DNA from: Breznakia blatticola
GTDB lineage: Bacteria; Bacillota_I; Bacilli_A; Erysipelotrichales; Erysipelotrichaceae
Length of the DNA stretch: 32,000 nucleotides
Reading direction: 5' to 3'
NCBI RefSeq assembly: GCF_004365815.1
Contig: NZ_SODD01000020.1
Span: 5,810-37,809, forward strand
Of the stretch, positions 16,042 to 24,809 are shown one piece after another. The translations under genes and the position numbers were made by a program. Numbering within the stretch: position 1 is the first letter of the stretch; each line of letters opens with the position of its first letter. The notes under the pieces were generated by a model. That model was given only the letters and a program-made list of their open reading frames with translations, made no database searches and was not told where the DNA came from.

Positions 16042-18741
16042 ATGGCACAGAATACGAAACAAGTAATTCTACAAGAATTAAAGCAACGTACAAAAGAATT
16101 TGTGTTTACGAATCTCATAAGTTTTACTGCGAATGAAATTAGTGAACAGATGAATGTTTCAAGGAGTTTAGCTAGTTATTACTTAAATGATGCATTCAAA
16201 GAAGGATTGATTATTAAAATCAATTCACGTCCAGTGATCTTTTTAGATAAAGAAGCACTTGAAAAAGAATATCGAATAAAACTAGAGCAATTAGAATTTT
16301 ATGATTTAGATGAGTTTAAGGATTATTTACAAACGCATGCAACTATTGAAGATGCATATGAGGATATTGTAGGTGCGAAACGTTCGCTATCTACAATCAT
16401 TAAACAAATTAATGAAAGTCTAGTATATCCACCATCAGGATTGCCAATGATTATCTTTGGTGAAAAAGGAACTGGGAAGAAAACGTTAGTCGAAAAGATT
16501 TATCGTAAGAACATGAAAAATGCCCAGTTCAGTAAAAATACAAGGTTTATCCATTGTGAGTTATCAAAGAATAGTGTAGCTCAATCCAGATTGAAATTAT
16601 TTGGAAATGGTGACCAACCAGGTGAAATCGATAAGTATGAAGAAGTTGTACTAGTAATTAGTCGCTTGCAGTTTAGCGATCAACTATTTCAGGAACAATT
16701 GAATCGAATTATCGAAAGTAAAAAGAATACGAAAACACGATCAACTATTGTTCGTTTAATCTTATTGAGTGATAAAAATCCTGAAGACTACTTAGAAGAC
16801 ACTTTGATTCGTAATATACCAGTCTTTGTAAGAACCCCTTCATTAGCAGAAAAAAGCATTGAAGAAAAAGAAGAGATGATTATTGCTTTTCTTAAAGATG
16901 AAGCAAAGAAAATTGAGAAACAAATCTTTCTAAGTAATGCATGTTTACGTGCACTTGTAAGTGGAGAGTATGAAGACAACTTTATCGGCTTACGTTCTAC
17001 GATTCAATTAATGTGTGCAAGAGCCTTACAAGATTATAAAGATGGAAGTAACTTAAATGTTCATACCTATCATTTGCCTAAAGATGTATATCGAACACTA
17101 GAAATCACATCAAATGAAAATGTTGTAATGATCGATGTAGAAAACTACAGCAAAAGTGATGAAATCGAATTTGTCTTTGATTACTTCGAACAAATATTAA
17201 AACTATTTGATAAGCAGAATTTAATCGAAGAATTATCGAATGATGCAAAACGTGTATTCGATTTATTGATTGAGTACTTGTCTTTCAAACATCGGATTCA
17301 ACCTGAATCCATTCAAGACATTGAAACTTCACTAGCACTTGTATTAGATGCAATTGGGAAACATAAGTATATTAACTTGCCAGTGCGCATTTCAAACTCA
17401 CTAGCAAAGCTACTATATATTGATGACATGTATACGATGTCATTAAAAGAATGGGAATCGAAAAATAAAAGTGAAATTGAAAAAGCGATTGCACGTTTGA
17501 AAAATGATTTTGCTAATGAGTATCGACTCATGCGTGAAATTGCCAAAACAATTGAAATGAATTTAGAGATTCCACTTAATCAAATGTTGCAAATTATGAT
17601 TGTTATTCACATTCATTACTACAACTTACAAGCAGCACATCGTGACATCTTTGGTTTGATTGTTTGTCATGGGTACTCGACAGCATCTTCTATTGCAGAT
17701 GCAGTGAATACATTACTAAGTAGTTATGTTTTTGATGCAGTGGATATGCCACTAGATACTACAGTAGATGAAATCAAAGAGATTATAGTTGAGCGATTAT
17801 CTGACTTACAAAAGCAAAACAAGGTAATTGTTATGGTAGATATGGGTTCTCTTGAAAAGCTAGGAAAAAGTCTAAATGAAATGATCAACTGTACAGTGGG
17901 AGTTATCAACAATGTATCAACACGACTTGCTTTAAATGTTGGAAACGAAATCATGCAAAAACATGAAATAGAAACAATATTAGAAAAAGTAAGCGATGAT
18001 TCTAAAGCGAGTTACACAATCATTGAAAGTAAAAAGAAAGACACAATCTTGTTTACTGCAGAAGATGGTGTGCATTTAGCACAACGAATGCGTGATTTAT
18101 TTGCAGTAAGTTTACCTTCAGATATTGATGTGGATTTAGAAGTATGTGACTATGCACAATTAATCACAACAGGATCTACTTATGAAAAGTTTGCTAAAAG
18201 TAATGTGCTATTTGTGACAGGAACAAGCAGTCCAAATAAAGAGGTAGATAACTTTCTAGCACTTGAAGAGATTATATCTGGAAAGCATATCGATTTGATT
18301 ATGCAAAAGTTAAACAAGCATCTTGATGCGGATGGGTTCAATACATTATTAAGAAACTTACGAAAGAATTTCACTTTACAAAATGTTGTGAGTTACTTAA
18401 CGATTTTGAATCCAGAGATATTACTAGCAAATGTTAGTGAAGCAATTGATATTTTACAAATGCAATTACAGCAGGAATTTAATGGAAATATTTTGATTGG
18501 AATTTATATTCACGTATGTTGTTTGATTGAACGCTTGGTTACAAAATCTGAAATTAAGGAACGTGCACAACTTGATGTATTTGTGCAAGAACAAGAAGAT
18601 TTTATTACACGAGTGAAAGATTCATTCCAAGTAATAAGCAAACGCTATAACGTGGAAATGCCAATTAGCGAAATTGCATATTTATATGACTTTATTCAAG
18701 CAGATAGTTTGAGTAAGCATGATGAGTTATTAGATGAGTAG
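16042..18741 (+). CDS. LevR-family transcriptional regulator: N-terminal HTH, degenerate AAA+ (sigma-54 activator-like) module, PRD, EIIA(Man)-like domain, second PRD
   Basis: The sequence is colinear with my recollection of B. subtilis LevR. It retains VGAKRSLSTIIKQINESLVYPPSGLPMIIFGEKGTGKKTL (Walker A) and IRNIPVFVRTPSLAEKSIEEKEEM. The EIIA(Man)-type phosphorylation motif is IVCHGYSTASSIADA. PRD histidines are present (MIVIHIHYY, GIYIHVCCLIERL). Confidence 0.8.
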   Translation: MAQNTKQVILQELKQRTKEFVFTNLISFTANEISEQMNVSRSLASYYLNDAFKEGLIIKINSRPVIFLDKEALEKEYRIKLEQLEFYDLDEFKDYLQTHATIEDAYEDIVGAKRSLSTIIKQINESLVYPPSGLPMIIFGEKGTGKKTLVEKIYRKNMKNAQFSKNTRFIHCELSKNSVAQSRLKLFGNGDQPGEIDKYEEVVLVISRLQFSDQLFQEQLNRIIESKKNTKTRSTIVRLILLSDKNPEDYLEDTLIRNIPVFVRTPSLAEKSIEEKEEMIIAFLKDEAKKIEKQIFLSNACLRALVSGEYEDNFIGLRSTIQLMCARALQDYKDGSNLNVHTYHLPKDVYRTLEITSNENVVMIDVENYSKSDEIEFVFDYFEQILKLFDKQNLIEELSNDAKRVFDLLIEYLSFKHRIQPESIQDIETSLALVLDAIGKHKYINLPVRISNSLAKLLYIDDMYTMSLKEWESKNKSEIEKAIARLKNDFANEYRLMREIAKTIEMNLEIPLNQMLQIMIVIHIHYYNLQAAHRDIFGLIVCHGYSTASSIADAVNTLLSSYVFDAVDMPLDTTVDEIKEIIVERLSDLQKQNKVIVMVDMGSLEKLGKSLNEMINCTVGVINNVSTRLALNVGNEIMQKHEIETILEKVSDDSKASYTIIESKKKDTILFTAEDGVHLAQRMRDLFAVSLPSDIDVDLEVCDYAQLITTGSTYEKFAKSNVLFVTGTSSPNKEVDNFLALEEIISGKHIDLIMQKLNKHLDADGFNTLLRNLRKNFTLQNVVSYLTILNPEILLANVSEAIDILQMQLQQEFNGNILIGIYIHVCCLIERLVTKSEIKERAQLDVFVQEQEDFITRVKDSFQVISKRYNVEMPISEIAYLYDFIQADSLSKHDELLDE

Positions 18742-18751
18742 GGGAGTACAT

Positions 18752-19168
18752 ATGAAAACAAAAGTATTATTAGCAACACATGGTGAAATGGCAAGAGGGA
18801 TTCAAAGTGCAATCTCTTTGATTGTCGGCGATGTAGATCTTGATATTATGTGTTGCTACACAGAGGAAAATTTCTCACTTGAAGAGGCATCAAAAACATA
18901 TTTAGACAGTATTGATTTTGAAAATGAACGTTTAATTGTTTGTACAGATTTGGTTGGTGGGAGTGTAAACAATGAATTCTTTAAGCATAAACAGTTCTAT
19001 GATTTTATCTTGATTTCAAATGTGAACTTAGGATTATTAATTGATTTATTGCTAAGTGGACAAACACTTGAAAAAGAAGATATTCAAGAGCGCTGCAAAT
19101 CTGAATTACTAAACGTACATTATTTTGACAACATTGGTGAAGTAGCATTCTTGGATGCTGATTTATAA
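18752..19168 (+). CDS. PTS mannose/fructose/sorbose family EIIA component
   Basis: I prefer the ATG at 18752 (RBS AGGGGAG) to the track start at 18734, which overlaps the regulator stop. KVLLATHGEMARG contains the EIIA(Man) active-site His. Confidence 0.85.
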   Translation: MKTKVLLATHGEMARGIQSAISLIVGDVDLDIMCCYTEENFSLEEASKTYLDSIDFENERLIVCTDLVGGSVNNEFFKHKQFYDFILISNVNLGLLIDLLLSGQTLEKEDIQERCKSELLNVHYFDNIGEVAFLDADL

Positions 19169-19184
19169 GAAAGGAGGTAACTAA

Positions 19185-19664
19185 ATGATTAAAGAAGTAC
19201 GTATTGATCACCGACTTGTACATGGTCAGGTTGCATTCACGTGGACGAAGTTTTTGGGGGCGACACGAATTATCGTAATTGATAATAAAGCAGCACATGA
19301 CGATCTACAAAAAATGGCAATCAATATGGCAAAACCACAAGGAGTAAAATTGAATATTTTCTCAGTTGAAGAAGCATTAAGTAAAATGCCAAAAGTTGAG
19401 AAGTTAAGCGATGTAATCTTTATGGTTTTTGGTAACACGAAAGACTGTGCAGACTTTGTCGAAGCCTATCCTAAATTGCCTGTTATTAACTATGGTGGGA
19501 TTACGAAAAAAGAAGGTTCAGCACATGTCTTTGAAGTGGTGTATTTAAACCCTTCGGAATTGGAGGATACGAAGCGTATTTTACAACATGGAACAAAAGT
19601 CGTGATGCAACAACTGCCAACGACAAAACGTGAAGTGTTGGATGTCGACAGTATTAAATTTTAG
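19185..19664 (+). CDS. PTS mannose family EIIB component
   Basis: RBS AAGGAGG. The N-terminal VRIDHRLVHGQVAFTW is the EIIB(Man) phosphohistidine motif (consensus DDRLIHGQV). Confidence 0.9.
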   Translation: MIKEVRIDHRLVHGQVAFTWTKFLGATRIIVIDNKAAHDDLQKMAINMAKPQGVKLNIFSVEEALSKMPKVEKLSDVIFMVFGNTKDCADFVEAYPKLPVINYGGITKKEGSAHVFEVVYLNPSELEDTKRILQHGTKVVMQQLPTTKREVLDVDSIKF

Positions 19665-19682
19665 AGATTATAAGGAGAGATT

Positions 19683-20459
19683 ATGTTATTACAATCAATT
19701 ATTATTGGGCTAATTGCTGTCTTTATGCAATTGGACTCAAGGGTATTAGGAAGACTTAATTTTGAAAGACCGTTGATTACTTGTACATTGGTTGGATTGG
19801 TAATGGGGGACCTTGAAACCGGACTTCTTATCGGTGCACAACTTGAAATGGTTACATTAGGGATGATGTCAATTGGAGCATCAGGATTCGATATGAATAA
19901 AGGTGCGATTGTAGGATGTGCGATAGTTATTCGTTCAGGAGTTGATATTGAAACTGCTCTTGCAATTGCAGTACCACTTACAGTATTGGACCGTTTTGTT
20001 GTTACATTCTTCGATGTTGTACGTTTGAACTTAACACATATGATCGACCGTGCAGTTGAAGCAAGTAACTATAAAAAAGCAAAATTTGTAGATATTGTTC
20101 TTGGTCCATTAACATACTGCATCAATGCATTTGCAGTGGTATTTATTGCCGTATATTTTGGAGAGGGATTAATTAACCAAATTTTAGAGGTAGTACCAGA
20201 GTTCATTATGACTGGAGTAAGTTTAGGGGCTAACATTATTTCATTCTATGGGTTTGCATTGTTGCTTTCTACAATGATTTCAAAGAAAAACTGTGTGTTT
20301 TTCCTAATTGGATTTGTTATTTCTGCATACTCTGGTTTAGGTTTAACAGCAATTGCTGTAATCGGAATTGTACTTGCATTACTGTTCTACCAACTTCGTT
20401 ATGGTAATGGACAAGCAGTAACTGTTGGTGCGGTTGATGAATTAGATGAGTTGGATTAA
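19683..20459 (+). CDS. PTS mannose family EIIC component
   Basis: RBS AAGGAGAG. It is a 258 aa polytopic membrane protein with a ManY/LevF-like N-terminus (LLQSIIIGLIAVFMQLDSRVLG). Confidence 0.85.
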   Translation: MLLQSIIIGLIAVFMQLDSRVLGRLNFERPLITCTLVGLVMGDLETGLLIGAQLEMVTLGMMSIGASGFDMNKGAIVGCAIVIRSGVDIETALAIAVPLTVLDRFVVTFFDVVRLNLTHMIDRAVEASNYKKAKFVDIVLGPLTYCINAFAVVFIAVYFGEGLINQILEVVPEFIMTGVSLGANIISFYGFALLLSTMISKKNCVFFLIGFVISAYSGLGLTAIAVIGIVLALLFYQLRYGNGQAVTVGAVDELDELD

Positions 20460-20474
20460 AAAGGGGGTTAGACT

Positions 20475-21311
20475 ATGAGTAAAAAAGGTTTAGAGGTTCA
20501 GAAGAATACATCTTTACATAAGAAAACTAGAGAATTTTTCTGGGGTGGATGGTGTATGCAAACACTTTGGAACTATGAAAGACAAATGAATACTGCATTT
20601 ATGTGGGGGATTTCAAATACATTAGATCGTTTATATTGTGAACCTGATGAAGATGACAAGAAAAAAGAAGCGTATCAACGTTCACTTGAATTCTTTAACA
20701 TCACACCACAATTTGGTTCATTTGTAATGGGTATCGTAGCTGCGATGGAGGAAGAGTACTGCGAACACCCAGATACATTTGATCCAAGAATTATGAACAA
20801 CGTAAAAGTTGCATTAATGGGACCATTATCAGGTATTGGTGATGCTTTATTCCAAGGAACTGTTCGTATTATTGCGATGAGTATTGGGATTTCGTTAGCG
20901 CAACAAGGTTCGATTTTAGGACCAATCATTGCCATGCTTATTTCATTTGCAGTAAGTTTTCCAATCACTTGGTTTGGTGGAAAACTAGGATATGTAAAAG
21001 GACAAGAATTATTACGTGAAATATCAGAAAGTGATCTGATGGATAAAGTTATGTATGCATGTAGTGTTGCTGGACTTGTTGTTGTCGGAGGGATGGTTGC
21101 TTCATTAGTAAACATTACAACACCAATTTCATATGGAGAGACATTCCAATTGCAACCACTATTAGACAACATTTTACCAAAGATGTTACCACTTGCAATG
21201 ACAGGAATTATGTACTGGATTGTAAAAAAAGGAATCAATCCAATCTTGGTAATTCTGGGTTGTTTTGTCGCTGGTGTTATATTCCAATACTTTGGAATTT
21301 TAGCAATATAA
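20475..21311 (+). CDS. PTS mannose family EIID component
   Basis: RBS AAGGGGG. The cytoplasmic N-domain contains WNYERQMNTAFMWGISNTLDRLY and is followed by TM helices, which is typical of ManZ/LevG. Confidence 0.85.
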   Translation: MSKKGLEVQKNTSLHKKTREFFWGGWCMQTLWNYERQMNTAFMWGISNTLDRLYCEPDEDDKKKEAYQRSLEFFNITPQFGSFVMGIVAAMEEEYCEHPDTFDPRIMNNVKVALMGPLSGIGDALFQGTVRIIAMSIGISLAQQGSILGPIIAMLISFAVSFPITWFGGKLGYVKGQELLREISESDLMDKVMYACSVAGLVVVGGMVASLVNITTPISYGETFQLQPLLDNILPKMLPLAMTGIMYWIVKKGINPILVILGCFVAGVIFQYFGILAI

Positions 21312-21337
21312 ACATTGAATGAGGAGGAGAAAAGAAA

Positions 21338-22300
21338 ATGTTTAATGTAAAACAAATGATTGAAGAAGTATTAAGTAAAAAGGAAATTAAAAATGTGAGT
21401 TTTGTTGGATGTGGGGGATCACTTGCGTGTTTCCAACCAGCACACTATTACATTCAAGAAGAAGCAAAGAATGTTAAGTCTTTCTACATTTCTTCAAATG
21501 AATTCGTGTACGACACACCAAAATCAGTTTCAGAAAATTCAATTGTAGTAATTGCATCTCGTCGTGGGAATACTGCAGAAACAGTAGAAGCAGGACGTGT
21601 AGCTAAGAAAAAAGGTGCAACAGTTGTGGGGTTACAATTAGAAACAGGAACTGTAATGGAAGACGTAGCAGATTACATTATTCAATTCACAGATGGAGTA
21701 GACAATGATTTTGCACAAACAAAAGGTGCATACGCACTAGCAATTGCATATGAAGTTTGTCAACAAGTTGAACAAAGTGGACAATATGATGCAATGGTTT
21801 TAGCAATGTCAAAAATGGATGGAATTCTAAATGCAGCTCGTGAGAACTTAATTCCAGATGCGATTAAATTCTCAATCGACTACAAAGACGATAAAACAAT
21901 TTACACAATGGGTAGTGGTACAGCTTGGAGTGCAGCACACCAACAAAGTATTTGTATCTTTATGGAAATGCAATGGATTAGTTCTTGTGTAATTCACACA
22001 GGTGAATTCTTCCACGGACCATTTGAAATTACAGATCCAAATACTGCATACCTATTATTTAAATCAACAGGTAAAACACGTGCATTAGATGATCGTGCAA
22101 TTGATTTCATTTCACAATACAACCACCACTTAACAGTAATTGATGGTGCAGAACACGGAATGAATGATTTGGGTGAAGTTAGTGAATACTATGATGCATT
22201 ATTCTACAGTGGAATCATTGGTGTTTACAACAACTTACTTTCTGATATGAGAAATCACCCATTAAGTAAACGTAAATACATGTGGAAATATAACTACTAA
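21338..22300 (+). CDS. SIS-domain phosphosugar deglycase, FrlB/GfrF family (fructosamine-6-phosphate deglycase-like)
   Basis: RBS GAGGAGGAG. It has two SIS halves. The first is FVGCGGS...VVIASRRGNTAETVEA. The second, FMEMQWISSCVIHTGEFFHGPFEITDP, aligns with E. coli FrlB LMEFTWTHGCVIESGEFRHGPLEIVEP as I recall it, and the C-terminal tail is also similar (RKYMWKYNY vs RRYYGGLVEY). Confidence 0.75.
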   Translation: MFNVKQMIEEVLSKKEIKNVSFVGCGGSLACFQPAHYYIQEEAKNVKSFYISSNEFVYDTPKSVSENSIVVIASRRGNTAETVEAGRVAKKKGATVVGLQLETGTVMEDVADYIIQFTDGVDNDFAQTKGAYALAIAYEVCQQVEQSGQYDAMVLAMSKMDGILNAARENLIPDAIKFSIDYKDDKTIYTMGSGTAWSAAHQQSICIFMEMQWISSCVIHTGEFFHGPFEITDPNTAYLLFKSTGKTRALDDRAIDFISQYNHHLTVIDGAEHGMNDLGEVSEYYDALFYSGIIGVYNNLLSDMRNHPLSKRKYMWKYNY

Positions 22301-22327
22301 AATCATTAGCTAAGTTAAGAACATATG

Positions 22328-22355
22328 AGGGAAGTTCACAAGGCTTCCCTTTTAT
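22328..22355 (+). terminator. Intrinsic terminator closing the PTS operon
   Basis: AGGGAAG (22328-22334) pairs with CTTCCCT (22344-22350) across a 9 nt loop. TTTTA follows. Confidence 0.65.
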
Positions 22356-22375
22356 AAATGAATATGGAGGGGAAG

Positions 22376-23737
22376 ATGAGAAGATTTATTGCTGATCGCT
22401 TCTTTTATCAAAGAACGGGAAGACTAATTGTACCAATTGCAATTCAATCCTTTGCAACAAGTATTAGTGGAATCATTGATTCTATGATGGCACAATCTTT
22501 TGATGGGGTTAGTGCAATTGGGACTGCATTACAAGTAGATGGACTAATGCAAGGAGCATCCTTTGGTATTGCTGCAGGAATTAATGTATATATTGTTCAA
22601 GCCTATGGAGCAAAAAAACTTACAGAGATGCGACAGTATTTTATGCTTAGTTTATTATGTGTTTTTTTAAATGCATTATTGTGGATTGGTATTTCACTAG
22701 GATTTAATACACGCTTTCTCTCGATATTCATAAGTGATCAAAGTGTAATAGAAACCGCATTTGAATATTTAAGGTATGGATGCTTTTCATTTATTTTCAC
22801 TGCATTGATTATGAGTTTTGTTTACGCATACCAAAGTGTTCAAAAAACACATGTTCCACTAATGGTAAGTATGATTACATTAGTTGTAAAAATAGGACTA
22901 AATTATGTGTGTATGTTTATGTTAGGTTTTGGTATTGCTGGTGCTGGCATGAGTATGACGTTAAGCCAAGGGTTTGCCTTTCTTTTATACCTCGGAATTT
23001 CACTTTATACAAAGCAACCCTTTCTTGGAAAAGTTAAAGATATATTTACAATGCCATTGCACATAGTAACTACAACAATCAAAGGAATTGCACCACTAGT
23101 AGTAAATGAAACACTATTTGGTGTTGGGAACTCGATGTTTGTGATTGCGTATGGACACTTTGGTAAACGCGTGATGGATTGTTATTACATCGGGGATCGA
23201 GTCATTCAAGTATTTTATACAGTGGTTAGTGCGATTTCCTCATCAGCTACTTCACTAATTGGTTTTGAACTTGGAAAGAAGAATTATGATTATGCCCAAA
23301 AAGTAGTAGATTACTTCTTTGGTCTTGCTTTTGTATTAGCATTTGGAGTTGCTTTAGGAGTGATTGTTTTTGCACCAAATATTGTAGCGATATATCACTT
23401 ATCAAATCCTGCAGATGTCAATTTAGCAATTGCAATTATACGCGCACTTTCTATTCGTGTAGCATTCCGTTTTTTCAATGTTGTTATTTTTGCGACACTT
23501 CGTGCTGGTGGGGAAAGTAAATATTTAGCATTTCTAGATTCAGTCATCATGTGGACAGTAGGGATTGCAATTACCTTTGTACTAATTTATGGCTTCTCGA
23601 TAAACAATATCGTATTCGTAATTGTACTTGCTCAACTAGAACAATTTGTTCGTTTGGTATTAGGCTTTAAACGCATCAAAAAGAAAAAGTGGTTACATCA
23701 CCTTGTAGAAAGTCCAAAGCAACAAACATGTATATAG
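22376..23737 (+). CDS. MATE family efflux transporter
   Basis: I prefer the ATG at 22376 (RBS GGAGGGG) to the start at 22358. The protein has about 12 predicted TM helices. The N-terminal pattern is MATE-like (LIVPIAIQSFATSISGIIDSMMA), and a second-half repeat is visible (LVVNETLFGVGNSMFVIAYGHFG). Confidence 0.8.
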   Translation: MRRFIADRFFYQRTGRLIVPIAIQSFATSISGIIDSMMAQSFDGVSAIGTALQVDGLMQGASFGIAAGINVYIVQAYGAKKLTEMRQYFMLSLLCVFLNALLWIGISLGFNTRFLSIFISDQSVIETAFEYLRYGCFSFIFTALIMSFVYAYQSVQKTHVPLMVSMITLVVKIGLNYVCMFMLGFGIAGAGMSMTLSQGFAFLLYLGISLYTKQPFLGKVKDIFTMPLHIVTTTIKGIAPLVVNETLFGVGNSMFVIAYGHFGKRVMDCYYIGDRVIQVFYTVVSAISSSATSLIGFELGKKNYDYAQKVVDYFFGLAFVLAFGVALGVIVFAPNIVAIYHLSNPADVNLAIAIIRALSIRVAFRFFNVVIFATLRAGGESKYLAFLDSVIMWTVGIAITFVLIYGFSINNIVFVIVLAQLEQFVRLVLGFKRIKKKKWLHHLVESPKQQTCI

Positions 23738-23749
23738 AATGAATTTAAG

Positions 23750-23779
23750 ACAACTGTAATTATTCGACAGTTGTTTTTT
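23750..23779 (+). terminator. Intrinsic terminator after the MATE gene
   Basis: ACAACTGT (23750-23757) pairs with ACAGTTGT (23767-23774) across a 9 nt loop. A T5 run follows at 23775-23779. Confidence 0.8.
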
Positions 23780-23791
23780 AATAAACAAGTA

Positions 23792-23821
23792 TGGATACAA
23801 CTTAACTACTTGTGATATACT
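23792..23821 (+). promoter_or_regulatory. Candidate sigma-A promoter for the orphan membrane protein
   Basis: TGGATA (23792-23797), an 18 nt spacer, then an extended -10 TGaTATACT (23813-23821). Confidence 0.35.
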
Positions 23822-23848
23822 AAAACACGTTTACGTAAAGGGGAAATT

Positions 23849-24742
23849 ATGTTTAAAGTTAATGAAATATGTAAAGAACACAATATACATGCACCACTAC
23901 CCAAAGTGAGTTTGTATATTGCGATTGTATGTATGCTTGTTTCGGTATGTACATTAGGTTTTGTTGTTTTCCAAAAAAACAATGCAGGAAAAGCTGAGGG
24001 AGCAGTTCAACTGGATACATTTACAGAAAGATACAATGAATCAGATTATGCAACTTCATTTGATTTACCTAAGTTTGATTCATATACAATCGAAGATCAT
24101 GGTAAAGAAATTGAGTATTATTATGATAATGGTATCAATGTGTCAGTAAGTAAAATAAACCATTCCGTTTTTGATGCCACTATCTATTTTGATGAAGCAA
24201 ATACAAAGCACGCAAATGAGATTATAGCAAATATAATCTATGCGTTTGATAAAGATATGGATGAAAGTGAAGCGATGGATATTGTGCATAGTGGATTAGA
24301 TGAAACATATGAAACTGATACACACGAATATAGAACGTGGATAAATGATAGTTTAGATGAGTTAAACTTTACAGGTAAGGTAACGTATGAAGTGCAAAAA
24401 GCTGTCGAAGGATGGAAATTGAATGTAGCAAATATTATTTGTTTAATATTAAATATTTTAGCTTGGGCAATACCGTGGCGTAACTGGTCAGTGAATGCAG
24501 CAGTTGCACGAAGATTAAGTACGGACTTATATTCATATTCAGCAGCGAAGCGTAGAGCAAATGCATTTCGTCAAATTGGACGAATTATATCTACATCTCC
24601 GCAAAAGGTTCTTGGATTAACTGAAGCAACAAAAGAAGAAGATATCGTACAAATCAAAGCATGGAAAGCAAGCATCCTATATGGATTTGTGGCACTTGCA
24701 ACGTTTGCATTATTGATAGTGCTTGCAGTCGTTACATTCTAG
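23849..24742 (+). CDS. Hypothetical membrane protein with no recognisable family
   Basis: RBS AAGGGGA. Predicted TM helices lie at roughly aa 21-41, 189-210 and 279-297. An acidic Tyr-rich ~145 aa domain sits between TM1 and TM2, and a basic segment between TM2 and TM3. Confidence 0.6.
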   Translation: MFKVNEICKEHNIHAPLPKVSLYIAIVCMLVSVCTLGFVVFQKNNAGKAEGAVQLDTFTERYNESDYATSFDLPKFDSYTIEDHGKEIEYYYDNGINVSVSKINHSVFDATIYFDEANTKHANEIIANIIYAFDKDMDESEAMDIVHSGLDETYETDTHEYRTWINDSLDELNFTGKVTYEVQKAVEGWKLNVANIICLILNILAWAIPWRNWSVNAAVARRLSTDLYSYSAAKRRANAFRQIGRIISTSPQKVLGLTEATKEEDIVQIKAWKASILYGFVALATFALLIVLAVVTF

Positions 24743-24758
24743 AAATTAGATAAGAAAA

Positions 24759-24799
24759 GCGCGACGTGGATAAGAGAATTGTCCATTCGCGCATTTTTT
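24759..24799 (+). terminator. Intrinsic terminator
   Basis: GCGCGA (24759-24764) pairs with TCGCGC (24787-24792), and an inner TGGA pairs with TCCA. ATTTTTT follows. Confidence 0.75.
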
Positions 24800-24809
24800 G
24801 AAAAAATCG

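Noticed and set aside
16040-16060. A TGGCAC hexamer (a sigma-54 -24-like element) at the regulator start.
   Set aside because: It is simply ATGGCACAG, the start codon plus Ala-Gln. The required TTGC is absent at the proper spacing (AGAAT ACGAA follows), and the position makes no sense for a promoter.
15882-16136. An 84 aa + strand ORF covering the HAD-regulator intergenic region and overlapping the regulator start.
   Set aside because: It begins at a GTG inside the palindrome and reads through the terminator hairpin and the regulator RBS. It has no RBS, and the region is better explained as regulatory RNA/DNA.
20675-21355. A 226 aa ORF on the minus strand, the longest antisense ORF in the window.
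   Set aside because: It lies entirely antisense to the PTS EIID gene, whose + strand product has clear family features. Its translation is low-complexity (Ile/Pro/Thr/Asn-rich) with no start context or RBS. It is a typical shadow ORF in AT-rich coding sequence.
22780-23037. Small same-strand alternative-frame ORFs inside longer genes (22780-23037 in the MATE gene, 23961-24149, 25172-25384, 25753-25968, 26881-27090, 27277-27513, 27553-27738, 13945-14127, 30509-30706).
   Set aside because: Each is nested out of frame within a well-supported longer CDS. None has an RBS or a recognisable product.
24599-24667. A J-domain-like stretch (PQKVLGLTEATKEEDIVQIKAWKA) in the orphan membrane protein, reminiscent of DnaJ helices I-II.
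   Set aside because: It covers only about 23 residues, the HPD tripeptide is missing, and the protein runs straight into a TM helix. The resemblance is too weak to support a call.
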